From the NCBI GenBank assembly GCA_031441465.1, contig JANOEP010000006.1, positions 1-43,576 of the forward strand: a stretch of 43,576 nucleotides of DNA. Direction: 5' to 3'. The first letter of the stretch is position 1. Each line of letters opens with the position of its first letter. This DNA is from a bacterium (GTDB lineage Bacteria > Krumholzibacteriota > Krumholzibacteriia > LZORAL124-64-63). The notes beneath the pieces are model-generated. The model had not been told where the DNA came from, searched no databases, and saw nothing but the letters and a program-made list of their open reading frames with translations. Of the stretch, positions 1 through 9,563 are shown in pieces. Position numbers and translations under genes: made by a program.

Positions 1-234
1 GGCGTGCTGGGCGCCGACGCCGCGCCCGACGCCTCGGCCTTCCTGCTCGACGGGGAACACCGCGTCCATGCCGCCCACGTGGCCCGCGGCCTGGTGCTCA
101 TGGTCTTCGGCAACGAGGACCTCTGGCCGGGACTGGCGCACCGGACGGTGGGCAGCCTGCTGGAGAGCATGCGCGAGGCCGTCCTGCTGCTGTTCGACGG
201 CGCCGAACCGTGGTCCCCGTCGAGGCGAGCATGA
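1..234 (+). CDS. Roadblock/LC7 (MglB-like) protein, 5'-truncated by the window edge
   Basis: Frame-1 ORF (…FLLDGEHRVHAAHVARGLVLMVFGNEDLWPGLAHRTV…) has the beta-beta-alpha pattern of the MglB C-terminal half; its stop overlaps the start of the MglA-like gene (ATGA at 231-234). Confidence 0.55.
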   Translation, partial: GVLGADAAPDASAFLLDGEHRVHAAHVARGLVLMVFGNEDLWPGLAHRTVGSLLESMREAVLLLFDGAEPWSPSRRA

Positions 235-794
235 TGTCCGGAGCTGATCGCGACGTCGTCGAAAGCAGGCCGGAGGTGCGCCGCGCCGTCCTGTGCGGTC
301 CCGGACGCGGCGGCAAGACGGCGACGCTCGCGGCCTGGGCCGGACAACTCGGCTGCCCGGCGCCCGCCGTCGCGTTGTCGTCCGCCGTGACGACCGGCGA
401 CGTCTTCGAATACCTGACCGTGCCGGCCGACTCCCAGCGGCCGCCGCTGCACCTGTTGACCACGCCGGGCCGCCTGTCCTGCAGCGAGGAGCGCCGCCTG
501 ATCCTGCGCGGCGCCGACGCCGTGGTGTTCACGGCTGACAGCCGGTCATGGCGCCAGGACGCCAACCTCATCCTGCTGGACGAACTCGGCGCCGAACTCG
601 CGGACCTCGGGCGACCCGACCGCCGCGTCGCGCTGCTGCTGCAGTACAATCACCGCGACGATTCCGATGCCATGCCGCTCGCCGATCTCGAAGCCCTGCT
701 CAACCCGGTGGGCTGGCCGTCGGTCCCCACGGTCGCCACGAATGGTGAGGGCTTGCCCGGCCTGCTGGCCCTGCTGCTGGCCCGCCTGCGCTGA
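231..794 (+). CDS. MglA-like small GTPase, divergent
   Basis: GPGRGGKT P-loop, TTPGR, RRLILRGADAVVFTADS, QYNHRD and VATNGEG follow the MglA pattern (GPGLCGKT/TVPGQ/ILKGVDGVVFVADS/QYNKRD/AVAPTGVG). ATG at 231 with GAGG upstream. Confidence 0.8.
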   Translation: MMSGADRDVVESRPEVRRAVLCGPGRGGKTATLAAWAGQLGCPAPAVALSSAVTTGDVFEYLTVPADSQRPPLHLLTTPGRLSCSEERRLILRGADAVVFTADSRSWRQDANLILLDELGAELADLGRPDRRVALLLQYNHRDDSDAMPLADLEALLNPVGWPSVPTVATNGEGLPGLLALLLARLR

Positions 795-832
795 TCCACA
801 CACGCGGATCCCGCGCTTCCCGACTCCTCGCG

Positions 833-861
833 TTGACCCCCCGCCGCGCCTGACTTATCCT
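833..861 (+). promoter_or_regulatory. sigma70-like promoter for the pgpA-cinA operon
   Basis: TTGACC(833-838)-17 nt-TATCCT(856-861) in the intergenic region. Confidence 0.65.
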
Positions 862-912
862 GCACGCGCCCGCCGTGGGTGCTGGACCGGGCTTCGCTGA
901 AAGGACACCGCC

Positions 913-1365
913 GTGAGGCGTTGGTTGATCGCCGCGTTCGCCACCTTCCTCGGCACGGGGTTGGCTCCCTTCGCACCCGCCACGGTCGCCAGCCTGGGGG
1001 TGACCGTGTTGTGGGGCTTGGCGTCGCCGGTCCCGGTGGCCGCCCAACTCGGGCTGCTCGTGCTGGTCGTGGCCCTCGGCGTGCCGGCGGCCGGCTGGAT
1101 GGAGCGGCGCCACGGCAAGGACCCGCACCGGGTGGTCTGCGACGAGGTGGCCGGCATGCTGGTCACTTACCTCGGCATCACCACGGGTTGGGCCGGCTGG
1201 CTGGCCGGGTTCGCCTGGTTTCGCGTCTTCGACATCGCCAAACCGTTCCCGATCCGCAGGCTGGAAGCTCTGCCCGGCGGCTGGGGCATCATGTGCGACG
1301 ACCTGCTGGCGGGGGTGTACGCTCACCTGCTGCTGCGCGCCACGCTGGCCTTGACAGGTTGGTGA
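913..1365 (+). CDS. pgpA: Phosphatidylglycerophosphatase A
   Basis: GTGLAPFAPATVAS, KDPHRVVCDEVAG, FRVFDIAKPFPI, GGWGIMCDDLLAG; typical position before cinA. Confidence 0.93.
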   Translation: MRRWLIAAFATFLGTGLAPFAPATVASLGVTVLWGLASPVPVAAQLGLLVLVVALGVPAAGWMERRHGKDPHRVVCDEVAGMLVTYLGITTGWAGWLAGFAWFRVFDIAKPFPIRRLEALPGGWGIMCDDLLAGVYAHLLLRATLALTGW

Positions 1366-1367
1366 AC

Positions 1368-2642
1368 ATGTCACGGTTGACGGAGGCCCGCTTGATCGCG
1401 GTCGGGGACGAACTGCTCAACGGCCGCACCCTCGACGCCAATTCCCACGAGATCCAGCCGCGCCTCGCGCGTCGGGGCGTCACCGTCGGCGGGGTGGCCG
1501 TCGTGCCGGACCGCGACGGCGCGATCGCCTCGGCTCTGGAGGCCGCGCCTCCGGGTTGCCTCGTGGTGCTGACCGGTGGTCTCGGACCGACTCCCGACGA
1601 CCTGACGGCCGCCGCGGTGGCGGCCTGGGCGGGCGTCCCGCTGGTCGAGGACGGCGCGGTCGCCGCCGCCCTGCGCGCGCGCTGCGAGATGCTGGGCCGC
1701 CCTTACGGCCCCAATATGATCAAGCAGGGCTTGCTGCCGCGGGGGCTGTCCGCGCTCCACAACCCGGAAGGAACCGCACCGGCGATGGTGGGGGATCTGC
1801 GCGAGCGCACCCTGGTCCTGTTGCCCGGCGTGCCGACGGAGATGCGGGCCCTGTGGCCGCTGGTCGAATCCTGGCTGGCAGATGGGGAACGCCTCGGCCC
1901 TGCCCGCCCCGTCCTGCTGCGGCGCACGACGAGGCTGAGCGAACCCGGCGTGGCCCGCCTGACCGCGCCGATGCTGCAGGAGTATCCGGACTGCGCCTGG
2001 TCGTGGTGGCTCACCCGCTGGGGCGTCGACGTGCAGGCGGTGGCGCCGGCCGGCGAGCCCGCGCTGCCCCGCGGTCTGGCTTCGCGGCTCGACGAGGTGT
2101 TGGGCGACCGCGTCTGGGCGCGCGAGTTCGTCGACCTGCCGGCCGTGGTCCTGGCGGCGCTGGACCACGCCGGCGCGACGGTGGCCACCGCGGAGTCCTG
2201 CACCGGCGGCATGCTCGGCGCCGCCTTCACCGACGTGCCGGGCGCCTCGCGCGCGTACCGCGGCGGGATCGTCGCCTACGCGGACGACAACAAGCAGGTT
2301 CTGCTGGGCGTGCCGACGGACCTGCTGCGGGAGCACGGGGCGGTGAGCGGGGAGTGCGCCCGCGTCATGGCCGCGAACTGCCGGATCCGCTGCCGGGCCG
2401 ACACCGCCCTGGCGGTGACCGGCGTCGCCGGGCCCGGCGGTGGGTCGGCGGCGAAACCGGTGGGCACCATCTGGTTCGGCCTCGCCTCGGCGGCGGGGAC
2501 GTTCGCCGGGCGCGCGCGCCTCTTCGCCCACCGCGGCCGCAACCGCGAACTCGCCGTGGCCGTGGCGCTGGACGCCCTGCGGCGCCACCTCGCCGACGGC
2601 GGCGATCCGTTCGCGGCCGCGGACTGGGACGGCTGGTCGTGA
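1368..2642 (+). CDS. cinA: CinA competence/damage-inducible protein (MocF domain + NMN deamidase PncC)
   Basis: AVGDELLNG, GGLGPTPDDLT, LLPGVP, ATAESCTGG, GAVS, TGVAGPGGG-KPVG. Alternative GTG start at 1362. Confidence 0.93.
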   Translation: MSRLTEARLIAVGDELLNGRTLDANSHEIQPRLARRGVTVGGVAVVPDRDGAIASALEAAPPGCLVVLTGGLGPTPDDLTAAAVAAWAGVPLVEDGAVAAALRARCEMLGRPYGPNMIKQGLLPRGLSALHNPEGTAPAMVGDLRERTLVLLPGVPTEMRALWPLVESWLADGERLGPARPVLLRRTTRLSEPGVARLTAPMLQEYPDCAWSWWLTRWGVDVQAVAPAGEPALPRGLASRLDEVLGDRVWAREFVDLPAVVLAALDHAGATVATAESCTGGMLGAAFTDVPGASRAYRGGIVAYADDNKQVLLGVPTDLLREHGAVSGECARVMAANCRIRCRADTALAVTGVAGPGGGSAAKPVGTIWFGLASAAGTFAGRARLFAHRGRNRELAVAVALDALRRHLADGGDPFAAADWDGWS

Positions 2643-3208
2643 GGTTGTTCGTGGCCGTCGATCCCGGGGAGCGCTTCCGCGCGGAGGTGTCGCCCTGCCT
2701 GGACGCCTGGCGGGCGCGCTGGGACCTCGGCTGGGTGCCGACGGAGCAACTCCACATCACGCTGCGCTTCCTCGGCGAGTGGCCTCCGGATCGTCTCGAC
2801 GACCTGCTGGCCGCCCTGGAAGAGGCTGCCGGGGAGCTTCCCGCGTTCGAGATGCGAGCCGGAGGTCTCGATGCCTTCCCCGGTTGGCGTCGGCCCCGGG
2901 TTCTCTTCTTGCAGATGGAGAGCGACGGCGCGATCGAGGCGCTGGCGGCGCGCATCGGCGGTGCGGTGGTCCGGGAGTGCCCGGGACTCGGCGCGGCGGC
3001 GGGGGAGTTCCGGGCTCATCTGACCCTCGCGCGGTTCCGCGCCGACCCGGCGCCGCGAGAACTCGACGCCCTGCGGCGCGAAACGGCGCCGCGCGTTTCC
3101 GGGATCGGCGTCACCGGGATCCGCCTGGTGCAGAGCACGCTCGCGCCCGGGGGCGCCCGGCACGAAACGCGCGCGGTTTTCCCGCTGGCGGGGGCCGCGG
3201 CGCCGTAG
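2639..3208 (+). CDS. thpR: RNA 2',3'-cyclic phosphodiesterase (2H phosphoesterase)
   Basis: Starts (V)RLFVAV; two HxT motifs (HITLRFLG, HLTLAR); FP..RRPRVL; GTGA overlap with cinA. Confidence 0.9.
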   Translation: MRLFVAVDPGERFRAEVSPCLDAWRARWDLGWVPTEQLHITLRFLGEWPPDRLDDLLAALEEAAGELPAFEMRAGGLDAFPGWRRPRVLFLQMESDGAIEALAARIGGAVVRECPGLGAAAGEFRAHLTLARFRADPAPRELDALRRETAPRVSGIGVTGIRLVQSTLAPGGARHETRAVFPLAGAAAP

Positions 3209-3300
3209 TAAGGTCGCGAATACCGACCGCCCCGGCGCGGCCTGGCTCGCCGCCCGCACGATCTCCCGGACGCAGTCCCACACCCAAGGAGTGATTCGCA

Positions 3301-4410
3301 ATGGCAATGGACAGGCAGCAGGAGAAGGCCAAGGCCCTGGAGCTGACGCGGGCCCAGATCGAGAAGCAGTTCGGCAAGGGATCGATCATGCTGCTCGGGG
3401 AGAACCAGGTGGTCGAGGGCATCGAGCCGATCTCCACCGGCAGCCTCGCGCTGGACATCGCGCTCGGCGTGGGCGGCCTGCCCAAGGGGCGCGTGGTCGA
3501 GATCTTCGGCCCCGAGGGCAGCGGCAAGACGACCGTCGCGTTGACCACGATCGCCAACGCCCAGCGCAAGGGCGGCGTGGCGGCCTTCGTGGACGCGGAG
3601 CACGCCCTGGACCCGGTCTACGCCCGGCTGATCGGCGTGGACATCGACAACCTGCTGGTCTCACAGCCCGACACCGGCGAGCAGGCCCTGGAGATCACCG
3701 AGATGCTCGTGCGCTCGGGCGCCGTCGACGTCGTGGTGATCGACTCGGTGGCCGCCCTGGTGCCGCGCGCCGAGATCGAGGGCGAGATGGGCGACCAGCA
3801 CGTCGGCCTGCAGGCCCGCCTGATGAGTCAGGCGCTGCGCAAGCTCACCGGCGCGATCAGCAAGACCCACACGCTGGTCATCTTCACCAACCAGATCCGC
3901 ATGAAGATCGGCGTGATGTTCGGCAACCCCGAGACCACGTCCGGCGGCAACGCGCTGAAGTTCTACAGCTCGGTGCGGCTCGACATCCGCCGCATCGGCG
4001 CCATCACCCAGGGCGAGGATGTGGTCGGCAACCACGTGCGCGTGAAGGTGGTCAAGAACAAGGTCGCGCCGCCGTTCAAGAAGGCGGAGTTCGACATCCT
4101 CTACGGCGAGGGCATCTCCAAGGAAGGCGACCTGATCGAGCTGGGCACCACCGCCGAGATCATCCAGAAGTCGGGCGCCTGGTACAGCTACGGCGACGAG
4201 CGGCTCGGGCAGGGCAAGGAGAACGTGCGCGACTTCCTGCGCGCCAACCCGGAACTCTACGCCCGCATCGAGCAGAAGGTGCTCGTCCACTACGGCGTCA
4301 AGCCGGCGCCGGTCGCGGAGGCCGCGCCGGCGGCCAAGGCCGCAGCCGACGGCGGCGCCGACGAGGCGCCGAAACCCGTGCGCGGGCGTCGCGCCGCCGC
4401 GACGGACTGA
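3301..4410 (+). CDS. recA: Recombinase A
   Basis: [62 protein letters not shown] upstream. Confidence 0.99.
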   Translation: MAMDRQQEKAKALELTRAQIEKQFGKGSIMLLGENQVVEGIEPISTGSLALDIALGVGGLPKGRVVEIFGPEGSGKTTVALTTIANAQRKGGVAAFVDAEHALDPVYARLIGVDIDNLLVSQPDTGEQALEITEMLVRSGAVDVVVIDSVAALVPRAEIEGEMGDQHVGLQARLMSQALRKLTGAISKTHTLVIFTNQIRMKIGVMFGNPETTSGGNALKFYSSVRLDIRRIGAITQGEDVVGNHVRVKVVKNKVAPPFKKAEFDILYGEGISKEGDLIELGTTAEIIQKSGAWYSYGDERLGQGKENVRDFLRANPELYARIEQKVLVHYGVKPAPVAEAAPAAKAAADGGADEAPKPVRGRRAAATD

Positions 4411-4413
4411 GCC

Positions 4414-5079
4414 ATGGACGGCGCCGACGCCGGGATCCGCCTGCTGTCCCTGGACCGCGGCGAAAGCGAAGCGCGGCTCGCCCTGAGCGACGGCACGGTG
4501 CTGGAACTGGCGGTGGCGTCGCTGCCGCCGGATCTGCCCGCCTGCGGTGAAGTGCTGCCGCCGGCGCTGCTCGCCGCGCTCCACGAGGCGGCGATCCGCA
4601 AGCAGATCGCCCGCCGCCTCTTCCGCGAACTCGCTCGCCGGCTGCGCACGCGGGCGGACCTGAGGGTCCGCCTGCTCGCAGCCGGCTTCCCGTCGGGGCC
4701 CGTCGACGAGGTGCTGGACCGCTTCGCGGACACGGGCATCCATTCGGACCGGCGCTTCGCCGAGGCCTGGTGCCGCGACACGCTCCGCGCCAAGCCCGTC
4801 GGGCGGCGCCTGCTCGCCAACCGCTTGGCCAGGTCGGGGGTGCCGTCGGCGCTCGCCGACCGCATCGCCGCCGAGCAGTTGCCGCCCGGTGACGAACTGG
4901 AACTGGCGCGGGCGGCCGCCCGCGCCTGGTGGCGGCATCAGCCCGGCGGCATCGACGCGCGCGCCCTGGCCAAGGGCCAGCGCTTCCTGATCGGCCGCGG
5001 CTTCCCCCCCGGGACGGCCGCCGATGCCGTGCGGGCGACGGTTCCGGCACGGGGCGACGACGAGGGGGACCCCGCATGA
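4414..5079 (+). CDS. recX: Regulatory protein RecX
   Basis: Directly after rec[39 protein letters not shown] are RecX three-helix repeat motifs. Confidence 0.85.
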   Translation: MDGADAGIRLLSLDRGESEARLALSDGTVLELAVASLPPDLPACGEVLPPALLAALHEAAIRKQIARRLFRELARRLRTRADLRVRLLAAGFPSGPVDEVLDRFADTGIHSDRRFAEAWCRDTLRAKPVGRRLLANRLARSGVPSALADRIAAEQLPPGDELELARAAARAWWRHQPGGIDARALAKGQRFLIGRGFPPGTAADAVRATVPARGDDEGDPA

Positions 5080-5951
5080 AGATCATGGTGACCGGGGCCG
5101 CGGGGATGCTGGGCCGCGCCATCCTGGACGAGTACGACGGCGCCGGCTACTGCATCGGCGTCGATCTTCCGGACGGGGATCTCACCCTCCGGGGCACGGC
5201 CCTGGAGTTGATGATCCGGCACACCCCGCAGCACGTCGTCCACGCCGCGGCCTACACGGACGTCGACCGGGCCGAGGGCGACCCCGAGCGCGCCCAGGCC
5301 GTGAACGCCGACGCCACCCGCATGCTGGCCCGCTGCTGCACGTCCCTCAACATCCCGTTCACCTACATCAGCACGGACTACGTCTTTGACGGCGAGGAGC
5401 CCGCCGGCTATTTCGAGGACGCCGAACGCCGGCCGCTCGGCGTCTACGGGCGGACCAAGGGCTTGGGGGAGGAGGAGGTCCAGACGGCCGGCGGCGACTG
5501 GCGGATCATCCGCACGAGCTGGCTCTTCGGCCCCGGGCCCAAGAACTTCGTGCTGACGGTACGCCGGCTGTTGGCGGCGCGTCCGACGCTGACGGTCGTG
5601 AACGATCAGACCGGCTGCCCCACCTACGCCCCGGACCTGGCCCGCGTCCTGCGCTTGCTCCTGCTGGCCAGGGGCCGCGGCATCTTCCACGCGACCAACG
5701 CGGGCGCGACGACCTGGTACGCGTTCGCGCGCGAGATCGCCCGGTGCAGCGGCGCCGATCCGGAGCGCATCCTGCCCTGCGCCACGGACGCGTACCCGAC
5801 CCCGGCGCGGCGGCCGGCGTGTTCGATCCTGCGCAGCCGGAACCTGGAATCCGCCGGCGTCGGCCCGCGTCCGTCTTGGCAGGAGGCCTTGGGGCGTTAT
5901 ATTGCGTGGCTCGCACAGAACGAGCCTCCCCAACCCGGAGCCCCGACATGA
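5076..5951 (+). CDS. rfbD: dTDP-4-dehydrorhamnose reductase
   Basis: [58 protein letters not shown]. Confidence 0.95.
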   Translation: MKIMVTGAAGMLGRAILDEYDGAGYCIGVDLPDGDLTLRGTALELMIRHTPQHVVHAAAYTDVDRAEGDPERAQAVNADATRMLARCCTSLNIPFTYISTDYVFDGEEPAGYFEDAERRPLGVYGRTKGLGEEEVQTAGGDWRIIRTSWLFGPGPKNFVLTVRRLLAARPTLTVVNDQTGCPTYAPDLARVLRLLLLARGRGIFHATNAGATTWYAFAREIARCSGADPERILPCATDAYPTPARRPACSILRSRNLESAGVGPRPSWQEALGRYIAWLAQNEPPQPGAPT

Positions 5952-6574
5952 ACGACACCGGCGAGCGGCGCGACGCCCAGGCGGAGCGGCTCTTCGCGCA
6001 GACCCTGCAGGATCACCGCGACGCCGTGGCGCGGCTCGGCCCCGAACACCTCCGCGCGATCGCCGCGCTGGCGGCGGACGTCGCCCGGGCCTGGAGCGGC
6101 GGCGGCCGCCTGCTGGTCTGCGGGAACGGCGGCAGCGCCGCCGACGCCCAGCACATCGTGGCCGAACTCGTCGGGCGCTTCGCGCGCGAGCGGCGGGCCT
6201 GCGCGGCCCTGGCGCTGACGGTCAACGCCTCCACCCTGACGGCCGTGGCCAACGACTACGGGTTCGACGAGGTCTTCGCCCGCCAGGTCGAGGGGTTGGG
6301 CCGGCCCGGCGACGTGCTGCTCGTGATCTCGACCTCCGGGAACTCCCCGAACTGCCTCCGGGCGGCCGAGTGCGCGCGGGCCGGCGGGCTGCGCGTCCAC
6401 GGTTTCCTCGGCCGCGACGGGGGCCGCTTGCGCGGACTGGTCGACAGCGCCCTGGTCGCGCCCGCGGTCGACACGCCGCGCATCCAGGAGATCCACATCA
6501 TGATGGGCCACCTGCTCTGCGAATTGCTGGAGCAGGGGCTCCCGGACGCCGGGCACGCCGGCCCCCGCCCGTGA
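5948..6574 (+). CDS. gmhA: D-sedoheptulose-7-phosphate isomerase (SIS domain)
   Basis: CGNGGSAADAQH, NDYGFDEVFARQV, ISTSGNSPN, TPRIQEIH. Confidence 0.93.
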   Translation: MNDTGERRDAQAERLFAQTLQDHRDAVARLGPEHLRAIAALAADVARAWSGGGRLLVCGNGGSAADAQHIVAELVGRFARERRACAALALTVNASTLTAVANDYGFDEVFARQVEGLGRPGDVLLVISTSGNSPNCLRAAECARAGGLRVHGFLGRDGGRLRGLVDSALVAPAVDTPRIQEIHIMMGHLLCELLEQGLPDAGHAGPRP

Positions 6575-7473
6575 GCGCCGGGATCGCGAAGGCGCTGCTC
6601 ACCAGCCTGCGCCCGCGGCAGTGGACCAAGAACCTGCTGCTGTTCGCCGGCTTGGTCTTCTCACAGAGCGCCGCCGAGCCGGCGTCGGCCTGGCGCGCCG
6701 TCCTGGGATTCCTGGTGTTCTGCCTGCTCTCGGGCGCCGTCTACCTCTTCAACGACTGCATCGACGCGCCCCGGGACCGTCGCCACCCCCTGAAACGCCA
6801 CCGCCCGATCGCCGCCGGCCTGCTGCCGGTCGTGACGGCGCAGCGGTGGGCTCTCGGCCTGGGGATCGCCGCGCTGAGCGTGAGTTGGCTGCTGGGCCGC
6901 GGCTTCGGTTTCACCGCCACGGCGTTCGCGGTGCTGAACCTCGCGTATTCCCTGGGCCTGAAGCAGATCGTCATCGCGGACGTGGTGGGCATCGCGGTGG
7001 GCTTCGTCCTGCGGGCGGTGGCCAGCGTCGAGGTGCTGCGGCCGGTGCGCGGCGCTGTGCCGCTCTCGTCGTGGCTGATCCTGTGCACCTTCCTGCTGGC
7101 GCTGTTCCTGGGTTTCGCCAAGCGTCGGGCCGAGTACGTCCAGGAGGCGTCGACCAACCACGCGGCCCGACCCTCGCTGCGCCACTATGGCCGGCGGATG
7201 CTGGACGTGCTGGTCGTGGCCTCGTTCGTGGCGACACTGGCGTCCTACGTCCTGTACACGCTGGCGACGGGAACCGTCGCCCAGTTCGGCACCTCCAAGC
7301 TGCTGTTCACCGCGCCCTTCGTGGCGGCGGGACTGGGCCGATACCTGGTGCTGGTGTTCAAGGACGACCGCGGTGGACGTCCCCATGAGATCCTGTTGAC
7401 CGATCCCGCCATCCAGATCGCGGTTTTGGGATGGATCACCAGTGTCTGCCTGATCATCGGTCTGCACCGTTGA
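6571..7473 (+). CDS. UbiA-family polyprenyl-phosphate phosphoribosyltransferase (DPPR-synthase-like)
   Basis: LRPRQWTKNLLLF, YLFNDCIDAPRDRRHPLKRHRPIAAG, YSLGLK, FAKRRAE; multiple TM helices. Confidence 0.88.
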   Translation: MSAGIAKALLTSLRPRQWTKNLLLFAGLVFSQSAAEPASAWRAVLGFLVFCLLSGAVYLFNDCIDAPRDRRHPLKRHRPIAAGLLPVVTAQRWALGLGIAALSVSWLLGRGFGFTATAFAVLNLAYSLGLKQIVIADVVGIAVGFVLRAVASVEVLRPVRGAVPLSSWLILCTFLLALFLGFAKRRAEYVQEASTNHAARPSLRHYGRRMLDVLVVASFVATLASYVLYTLATGTVAQFGTSKLLFTAPFVAAGLGRYLVLVFKDDRGGRPHEILLTDPAIQIAVLGWITSVCLIIGLHR

Positions 7474-7490
7474 CGGTGCGAGGAGAAGCC

Positions 7491-8249
7491 GTGGACACAC
7501 TCGTCGCCCTGGTCGCGACCCGGCCCGAGACGCTGCCGCGCGACCTCGCCCGCGTGCTGGAACTCGCCGGCCGGGACGTCACGGCAGGCTGCCGATCCGT
7601 CACGGCCCCGCGCGCGGTCGGCCCCCACCCGACCGGCGGTGTGCCGAACTGGACGCTCGCCGCACTCGCGGTGGCGTGTCCGCCGGCGGACGGCCCGCCC
7701 CTGCTGGCGATCGCCGGCGCCCTGCACCCCCGATTGGGAGCCTGCGCCTGCCTCGCGGCGTCGGCCGGGGCCGGCGCGGATGAACTCGCGGCCGCCGTGC
7801 GTTCGCCGCAGGTGCTGCTGGAACAGGCCCGCCGGGCGCCCGACGACGGCTCATGGATGCTGGTGGACCTCACCGTGGCCGCGGCGCCCGACGGCCGCGC
7901 CGTCATGCGCAACCGGCTGCTGGCGGGGCGGGACCCGCTCGCCCTCGACACGCTGACGGCGCGTTGCCTCGGCTGGGATCCCGAGTCGATGCCCCTGCTG
8001 CGCGCCGCCCGGGCGCTCGGTTGGCGGGGGGGCGCGAGCGCCCGGACCCTGGTGGGGGACCTCGACGACCATGCTCGTGCGAGCGGGGCGCCGCGACTGT
8101 GGCGACCCGCGCGGGGCTTGAAGTGGACCCGGCTGGCCGCGGCGCTGGGTGGCCGCCGCGCCGGTGCGGACCGGACACCTTGGCACGCCCTCGGCGACGA
8201 CGTCGCGGCGGGCCGCGAACCCGTCTGGGAGGTCGGCGCCGATGTCTGA
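7491..8249 (+). CDS. Short, degenerate DUF362-like protein
   Basis: N-terminal VALVATRPET..DLARVLELAG and C-terminal NRLLAGRDPLALDTLTARCLGWDP..MPLL resemble DUF362; SD AGGAG at 7481. Confidence 0.55.
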   Translation: MDTLVALVATRPETLPRDLARVLELAGRDVTAGCRSVTAPRAVGPHPTGGVPNWTLAALAVACPPADGPPLLAIAGALHPRLGACACLAASAGAGADELAAAVRSPQVLLEQARRAPDDGSWMLVDLTVAAAPDGRAVMRNRLLAGRDPLALDTLTARCLGWDPESMPLLRAARALGWRGGASARTLVGDLDDHARASGAPRLWRPARGLKWTRLAAALGGRRAGADRTPWHALGDDVAAGREPVWEVGADV

Positions 8250-9189
8250 ACGCGAACCCCACCGCACCGTCACCGTCCCCTGCAGCGTCGTGGAGGTGGT
8301 GGCGCCGGCGAAGGTCAACCTCCACCTCGAGGTCCTGCGCCATCGTGACGACGGCTACCACGAGATCGAGACGATCCTGCAGACCGTGTCGCTCTGCGAC
8401 GAGGTGCGGGTCGAGTTGCGCGCACGCGGCGCCGACGGGCCGCCGCTGATCTCCCTGGCGGTCGAGCCCTACGCCGCCGCGCCCGAATCCCCGCTGAACC
8501 TGGCCTGGCAGGCGGCCGAACTGTTCTGCAGGACCTGCGACCTCGGCGGCGAACTCAGTCTGACGCTGACCAAGCGCATCCCCACGGAAGCGGGACTCGG
8601 CGGGGGCAGCAGCGACGCCGCGGCCGTCCTGGTCGCCTGCAACCGCCTGTACGGGACCGGCCTGCCGCCCGAACGCCTGGAGGAAATGGGAGCCGAACTC
8701 GGCTCCGACGTGCCCTTTTTCATCAGGGGGGGGACCCAAGTAGCGCGCGGCCGCGGCACCGACCTGCAGGCGCTGCCGGCCATCACCAAGGGCAAGTTCC
8801 TGATCGTGAAGCCGGACATCGCTTTGCGGACTTCGGACGTCTATGCGGGTTTGAATATGGGATTGACTTTGCGCAGCCCCAAGGTTAACATCCGTACCGT
8901 TGAGGCCTTAATCGCCCGTTTTCCAATGGGTTCCTGGTTCGGGGCGAATCGCCTGGAAGATGTCGTCCTGCCCACGCAACCCGCCCTGCAGCGGCTCGTG
9001 CAGTCGTTGCGAGAGAGTGCAGCTGTTGCCCTGATGTGCGGCAGCGGTTCGGCGGTTTTCGCCGTTTTCGGCGATGAAAGCCGGCGGGAGATGGCCCGGC
9101 AGGAGATCGTGCAACCCGGGTGGAACGCTTGGGCCGTCGATCCCTGGCCTGGCGGTGTTCGCGTCAGGGATGACGCCGACCGCGCTTGA
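8242..9189 (+). CDS. ispE: 4-diphosphocytidyl-2-C-methyl-D-erythritol kinase
   Basis: APAKVNLHLEV, DGYHEIET, KRIPTEAGLGGGSSDAAA, LGSDVPFF, MCGSGSAVF. Confidence 0.97.
   Translation: MSEREPHRTVTVPCSVVEVVAPAKVNLHLEVLRHRDDGYHEIETILQTVSLCDEVRVELRARGADGPPLISLAVEPYAAAPESPLNLAWQAAELFCRTCDLGGELSLTLTKRIPTEAGLGGGSSDAAAVLVACNRLYGTGLPPERLEEMGAELGSDVPFFIRGGTQVARGRGTDLQALPAITKGKFLIVKPDIALRTSDVYAGLNMGLTLRSPKVNIRTVEALIARFPMGSWFGANRLEDVVLPTQPALQRLVQSLRESAAVALMCGSGSAVFAVFGDESRREMARQEIVQPGWNAWAVDPWPGGVRVRDDADRA
8863..8891 (+). promoter_or_regulatory. Internal sigma70-like promoter within ispE
   Basis: TTGACT(8863-8868)-17 nt-TAACAT(8886-8891) in an AT-enriched patch with atypical codons. Confidence 0.7.
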
Positions 9190-9226
9190 GCCCGCGCCGG
9201 ACGAGCCACCACGGAGAGGTGCTGTC

Positions 9227-9550
9227 TTGGAAATTACGGAGATCAGAATCACCCTGAGGGATGACGAGAAGCTGCGAGGCTTCGCGAGCATCACCCTCGA
9301 CAACAGCTTCGTCGTGCGCGGCCTGAAGATCATCGAGGGCGCGACCGGCATGTTCGTCGCGATGCCGAACCGCCGCCGCAAGGACGGGACCTTCCAGGAC
9401 ATCGCGCACCCCATCAACATGTCCACCCGCGAGTGGATGGAGAACCTGATCATCGCCGCCTACAAGCAGGAGCTCCAGCGCGCCGAGCGGGGCGAAGTGC
9501 CCATCCTCTCCGGCCGCCACGAGGACTCCGCCCTCGAGGAGAGCTTCTAG
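9227..9550 (+). CDS. spoVG: SpoVG family nucleic-acid-binding protein
   Basis: (M)EITEIRI..KLRGFASITLDNSFVVRGLKIIEGATGMFVAMPNRRRKDGTFQDIAHPIN; TTG start, SD GGAGAGG. Confidence 0.95.
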   Translation: MEITEIRITLRDDEKLRGFASITLDNSFVVRGLKIIEGATGMFVAMPNRRRKDGTFQDIAHPINMSTREWMENLIIAAYKQELQRAERGEVPILSGRHEDSALEESF

Positions 9551-9563
9551 AGGTTCGACTCGC

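Noticed and set aside
879..1367. Long N-terminal extensions in the ORF track (cinA, thpR, prs, ribD, ribBA, ribH and others)
   Set aside because: They overlap upstream genes or RNAs; true starts were placed at coupled codons or after SD sequences.
3209..3300. Possible LexA box upstream of recA
   Set aside because: No known SOS-box pattern (CTGT-N8-ACAG or GAAC-N4-GTTC); only a distant GCGAAT/ATTCGC pair.
4408..4416. In-frame TGA between recA and recX as possible selenocysteine readthrough, given selA
   Set aside because: Both proteins are complete, the position is not a Cys-equivalent site, and no convincing SECIS was seen; no selenoprotein candidate was found in the window.
9551..9563. GGTTCGACTC T-loop-like motif just before tRNA-Gln
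   Set aside because: No supporting T stem or other tRNA arms.
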